This document shows positions 60,601 to 64,000 of a stretch of 64,000 nucleotides of DNA, one piece after another. The stretch spans positions 26,274 to 90,273 of the forward strand of contig JAUVXV010000016.1 of the NCBI GenBank assembly GCA_030603365.1, written 5' to 3'. The DNA is from Candidatus Heimdallarchaeota archaeon. Lineage in GTDB: Archaea; Asgardarchaeota; Heimdallarchaeia; Heimdallarchaeales; Heimdallarchaeaceae. The notes under the pieces are model-generated. The model had not been told where the DNA came from, searched no databases, and was given only the letters and a program-made list of their open reading frames with translations. Position 1 is the stretch's first letter; each line of letters opens with the position of its first letter. The position numbers and the translations under genes were made by a program.

Positions 60601-63268
60601 TATATTTAGATATTAATTCTCCATGTTTTTTTTGTGAACGAATATCAAGATATATGCTACTCATTTCATTTGTTGGACTACGTTTATAGATTTGCTCCTC
60701 AATAAAGTATTCGCCCAAACCCGAATAATCATTGGAAATAGCTGTTAATAGGTTGTGTGCAAGTTCGAGCGAAATATGAAAACGTTCAGCAAAAAGATTT
60801 GCAGAGACTTGAATCTCTGGGGTGATCTTACTGATTATATAGTTGAGAAGTTTCAGTTTATACTCATCATATTGTTCTTGAGATAAATCTTCTTCAACGG
60901 TTTCATCCACGGTTAGATCAGGAATCTGTTCTTCTGTCTCAGACTTATTAGTCCTGAAGAAAGACTTGATAGTCTTTTCATGTTGTTTGTTTTCGGTTTT
61001 CCTTAAGAAATACAGAACTACGTTAATATTTAGAAATAGAAAAAGAAGAACTACAACTTTGAAGATTTCAAGTATATAACCATTACTTGCGAGATAGAGT
61101 AGAAGCAATACACTAGAGGGAATATAAAGAATTAAAATAACTATTCCCACTAATTGTGAAACCATAAACAAATCCTTATAGAACGTGGAGGTAGATATCA
61201 AGAATAGTGTAGAAAGAGTTACGAATCCTGAAACAAAAACGCATATTGTGAAAGAATAAAACCCCCATTTTCCCAAATCAGGATGGAATAAGTTTAAGCT
61301 GTAACTAGTGGCAATAGTAGCAAATTTATCTGCGATTCTACTAAGAGTTTCAACTTTCAAACAAAGATAACAAAGGGATAGTGGGAGTAACCACAGTCTG
61401 AAAAGAGATTCTTTTACTTTCAACCACCATTTCTTGGGAAAACGTGCGATTTTCTTAAATTTTGTTAGTTCTCTTTCTTCCTCTTCATTCTCTCGAGCAG
61501 TTCTTCCCTCTTCTTTTCTTTTCAGCAATCCTTGACTAAAAATACAACCGAAAAAAAGCAGGAGACAACCAAATTCCAAGTACATGATTGTTGATTTTAC
61601 AGGAGAAAGAGGTTTACTACCAAGATATTCTGGATTGTCAAATGGATTTGTACTACTTGTATCGTTCAAATATTCAGAAAGATTGTATTTGAGATCATTT
61701 AGTGTAATAGTAAGTCCATCACCATAAATAGATAAAATGACTGTAACCTCATACAAGTTGGAATAAAGGGTTTGTTGTTCATTGATATTAACCTGCTTTT
61801 CATTAGAGATTTGAGTATAAATTATAGTTAATAGACCAATTTTTACGAGAACATTTATTTGTCTAATTGCATAACCAAACTCACTAAATAAAGAAAATGA
61901 AAGAGAAACATTACAATGTAGATAATCTGGTATAACTTTACAGAAATCTTTGAAAGTGAGAATTAAAGGCTCAGATGAGGGGGTGGAACAACTCTTAGTC
62001 TCAACCAACATTCTTTCCAAGCTCCCCTGTTCATGGAGTTCTGGTAAAGGTTCTATGTTGACATAGCTAGAGTTTAGAAGGTAAAAAACTCCTTGTTCTT
62101 CCGCAAATCCTTGAATGCTTAGGATTAGAGAGTCATCTGAATGAGTTAAAGGGCATTTTGTGGTTATGGTTCGAGGAGAATTAGGTTGACCATATGCTGA
62201 TATTTCCCCTGAAATCAATGTTTTTGCCCCCAGCTTAATCTCATAACTTACTGAAGTTGCTACTGAACTTCGATAACCATAATCTACTGCAACCTCTAGA
62301 ATTTGTTCAGAGTAAGATATTACAGGTTTTAAAGGAGTTAAATCAAAGGAGTGATCAAATTCATTGCTCCCCCATGCATACCAACTATAGGTATTTTCAG
62401 GAAGAAAATCTTCAAAATCTATCCCTTTTCCGGAAAGTTGTATCTTAGAAAATTGTATCTCCCCCATACATATCTCAATCACAAAATCAATCGTTAAGAA
62501 GTTTATTCCAGAATCAATTGCTATTAAAAAGGATTCAGTTGTCAGTTGATCTTCTCTAAACTCTGAAGTACTCCTAAGCTGATCGTTAACATATATTTCG
62601 AAATGTTGTTTATAAGCTGTAAAATCATTGGTTTGAAAAGAAAGTGTAAGATTGACATTATCAAAATTTCCCGAATTGTTGAAAACAGTAGTAACAGTTC
62701 GAATCACGCTTGAGGATGAGCATCCCAGAAATCTTAACCAATTAGGAACAATAGGAAATAAGGAAATATTCTCATTTATTATTACTGGTTCTATTCTTTC
62801 CACTTTTGAATAACTGAAGATTCGTACCGAACCTGATTCATACCACAACGAAGTTTGAGCTTCAACAGTAATTATTAAAATCATTGTTCCACTAAAGCTT
62901 TCAGGATAGGAAAAGAGTTGCGTAAGATTATGTCCTAGATGATCTTGGAATAAACGTTCAATAACAAAGGTAACTTCAATTTCTCCAAAAATAAAACTAA
63001 TTCTTATACCTTCATTATTGGTTTTATCACCAGAAGTAGTGAAAAACAATGTTAAGCAATTAAAATTATCTAACTCAAGTTGAAACTGAAAAGATACTTG
63101 CTGTTTAGAGTAAGTAGAATTATAATCAACAATAATGTCTGGAAAGGAAAAAAAAGATGGGTTTTTCCGTTCAATATTTTCTGTATGAAATGAAGAACTT
63201 ATACAATTTAAGAAAAGTGAACCAATGAATATTAATGTCAGCGAAATCCCTAATCTGCTTTTTTTCAT
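57650..63268 (-). CDS. 1872-aa receptor-like membrane protein: ectodomain, about 5 TM, winged helix, large cytoplasmic region with PD-(D/E)xK motif
   Basis: Signal peptide, about 530 aa of beta-rich ectodomain, five hydrophobic segments, a wHTH-like segment, then MGETF...SFDDFILADTGGGLEFIVVESK. Confidence 0.65.
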   Translation of the reverse strand: MKKSRLGISLTLIFIGSLFLNCISSSFHTENIERKNPSFFSFPDIIVDYNSTYSKQQVSFQFQLELDNFNCLTLFFTTSGDKTNNEGIRISFIFGEIEVTFVIERLFQDHLGHNLTQLFSYPESFSGTMILIITVEAQTSLWYESGSVRIFSYSKVERIEPVIINENISLFPIVPNWLRFLGCSSSSVIRTVTTVFNNSGNFDNVNLTLSFQTNDFTAYKQHFEIYVNDQLRSTSEFREDQLTTESFLIAIDSGINFLTIDFVIEICMGEIQFSKIQLSGKGIDFEDFLPENTYSWYAWGSNEFDHSFDLTPLKPVISYSEQILEVAVDYGYRSSVATSVSYEIKLGAKTLISGEISAYGQPNSPRTITTKCPLTHSDDSLILSIQGFAEEQGVFYLLNSSYVNIEPLPELHEQGSLERMLVETKSCSTPSSEPLILTFKDFCKVIPDYLHCNVSLSFSLFSEFGYAIRQINVLVKIGLLTIIYTQISNEKQVNINEQQTLYSNLYEVTVILSIYGDGLTITLNDLKYNLSEYLNDTSSTNPFDNPEYLGSKPLSPVKSTIMYLEFGCLLLFFGCIFSQGLLKRKEEGRTARENEEEERELTKFKKIARFPKKWWLKVKESLFRLWLLPLSLCYLCLKVETLSRIADKFATIATSYSLNLFHPDLGKWGFYSFTICVFVSGFVTLSTLFLISTSTFYKDLFMVSQLVGIVILILYIPSSVLLLLYLASNGYILEIFKVVVLLFLFLNINVVLYFLRKTENKQHEKTIKSFFRTNKSETEEQIPDLTVDETVEEDLSQEQYDEYKLKLLNYIISKITPEIQVSANLFAERFHISLELAHNLLTAISNDYSGLGEYFIEEQIYKRSPTNEMSSIYLDIRSQKKHGELISKYNNNNVNSKKDPTNYDYIENQDRIVAKRKSDAFLLPNIVLDNKYTTEIKTLDNTTILPLELDLEKSFTLEFIENTLEIMGEGDEASKTAILKLEIIELIRATCFDNAHWNELVDNKGNIKNQDKWDEILSQINRIITGVRCLASISNTVPKIIFSSNIKQIENLEGNNALYGNYLKLYTKNVDKEKITAIFMREQLDLMEAFYSQIYPELTSKQARTYAKYLAAISGYEQSILGLDSTNMGETFMEAWCKINRDRDSLRRLSHHSSKSKIYIAPNSMQKFKHSFDDFILADTGGGLEFIVVESKLQNAIYNLNRNLHIKDLDKKMLEYVKGCYGVKFQIYLAKYLPNNDSVLALRIANSLSERVLFTLNILGNDFVRKMKSDGTMHSLVKETLLEKGKPLSYVNAIFNGTMNYHRLLALMQNSATLDDSNNVVRVLNLKISNSKKKLIEVPIHSDSFKLCVEEGMISIKGFTSEILDKLMIDKENLNYQNVRLVYQNLQSLVDNVLMEVNEREITKIASNHEKIIVMKYNEILNTLFKQLVKQFEDFKAFKNNTIQSYVEIAAENINKYTNWLSKIQKLYSVIPYTEIHYWYLPFQEALDNFAVRKNIKLSGSLKKLYDNMLGFNGDTILLDVVKFKNKAEIFDKLIETISKDDENISRYSLIATTLILQKANKPHRLPQGLFNKGSGKRLVVLLDDNSNHINLKNELITYPISPPTGGQPINSENEMPPINVYININDVIRKYPHLKKEMLGNFPIKYEKDANRLNIRFLGGKESDGKGANLARQYWRAKLYRVFGSDPNSSSILEKLKDNSQMKFNPRIGFDNPIVLMRMYIYLILDYYSLWCEFTDAVIGTIQTMIENNNCKYLTFPKALKDNDWELVIEDIRLLKEEKVEITYYMGRDSQRTRTYSEQGKLGLNALNYSKGEWISTHEEALFYFPNTNPYMRRIAKESINNIIKILSNKKLTTPHKEWEDEINLLIDKKR

Positions 63269-63501
63269 GCTCTATATAGTACATTTGTAGTTTGATTTAT
63301 AAACTAGAGAAAGAATCTTCCCATATTCTACGGATATTCTTTATAACAAAAGAAGTCACAAAAGGAAGAGATATTTAAATTGCTATAAACTAGGAATAGT
63401 TGTTCTAACTTCCTTCTTCTTATTTAAAACTAAATAATCTATTAAATAATATGATTTCTAACAAATATTCGCTATTAAGAAAAAGAAAAGGAAAGAAAGT
63501 T

Positions 63502-64000
63502 TTATGGCCAACTTGGGGGATGATCATCTGGGTCTGTTGGGTCGGTTGGTGGAACTCTGGGGGGATACTGTTCTTCATAGTCATCAAACGTATCGTCATC
63601 AGTATCAGCATCATTGGGTTTCGTTTGGTAAACATCTTTTTCACCTGCATCATCATAATCTCCATCATCATTAAGATCAAACCATCCATTGATTTCCTCT
63701 AAATTCGTCAATCCATCATTATCATCGTCATCATCAGCGTCTGAAGCATCTAAAGGATCAAGATTCCAGAAAATTTCATCCCCGTCATTGATGAAATCCC
63801 CATCAGTGTCTGAATTATTAGGATGGGTACCAATAAAACATTCATCTATGTTTCTTAGGCCATCATTATCTTCATCTAAAGCACCATTAGAGACATTGGG
63901 GTCGTAACCATAGAACACTTCCCATGCATCATCACAACCATCATTGTCAGTATCTGTGTCATTTGGGTCAGTACCATAAGTATTGACTTCCTCTCCATCA
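63502..64000 (-). CDS. C-terminal part of a calcium-binding repeat protein (bacterial TSP3-like DxDxDG repeats)
   Basis: The frame is open to the window edge (DGEEVNTYGTDPNDTDTDNDGCDDAWEV...). Tandem D-x-D-x-D-G...E...TDP repeats, Pro-rich C-terminus with no TM. Confidence 0.85.
   Translation of the reverse strand, partial: DGEEVNTYGTDPNDTDTDNDGCDDAWEVFYGYDPNVSNGALDEDNDGLRNIDECFIGTHPNNSDTDGDFINDGDEIFWNLDPLDASDADDDDDNDGLTNLEEINGWFDLNDDGDYDDAGEKDVYQTKPNDADTDDDTFDDYEEQYPPRVPPTDPTDPDDHPPSWP

Overview
AT-rich archaeal chromosomal window, most consistent with an Asgard archaeon of Heimdallarchaeia type. This is an inference from the unsplit RpoB, split RpoA1/A2, eukaryote-like eIF5A hypusine loop GKHGHAK, PAC2 plus PAC4-like proteasome chaperones and fragmented ribosomal/RNA polymerase operons. 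Most of it is core informational and metabolic genes: RPA, RFC, Cdc6/Orc1, RNAP subunits, ribosomal proteins, TrpRS, Nog1, Nob1, PPDK, ADP-dependent sugar kinase, FolD and GlyA, plus five intron-less tRNA genes with encoded CCA. Reading outside the supplied ORF track gave four of the best leads. (1) A 58-aa Flp-like class III prepilin fits a nearby TadA/TadB/TadC-like operon. (2) A 36-aa single-TM protein closely resembles eukaryotic Ost4 and lies near a GIFT/Wbp1-like protein. (3) An 18-codon leader ORF with two Trp codons, nested hairpins and a U8 tract precedes trpS, suggesting attenuation-like control. (4) An 11-N16-11 palindrome occurs twice, 23.5 kb apart. The right end encodes a 1872-aa receptor-like membrane protein with a cytoplasmic PD-(D/E)xK nuclease motif, next to a Ca-binding repeat protein. 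No CRISPR array, rRNA, transposase or integrase was seen.
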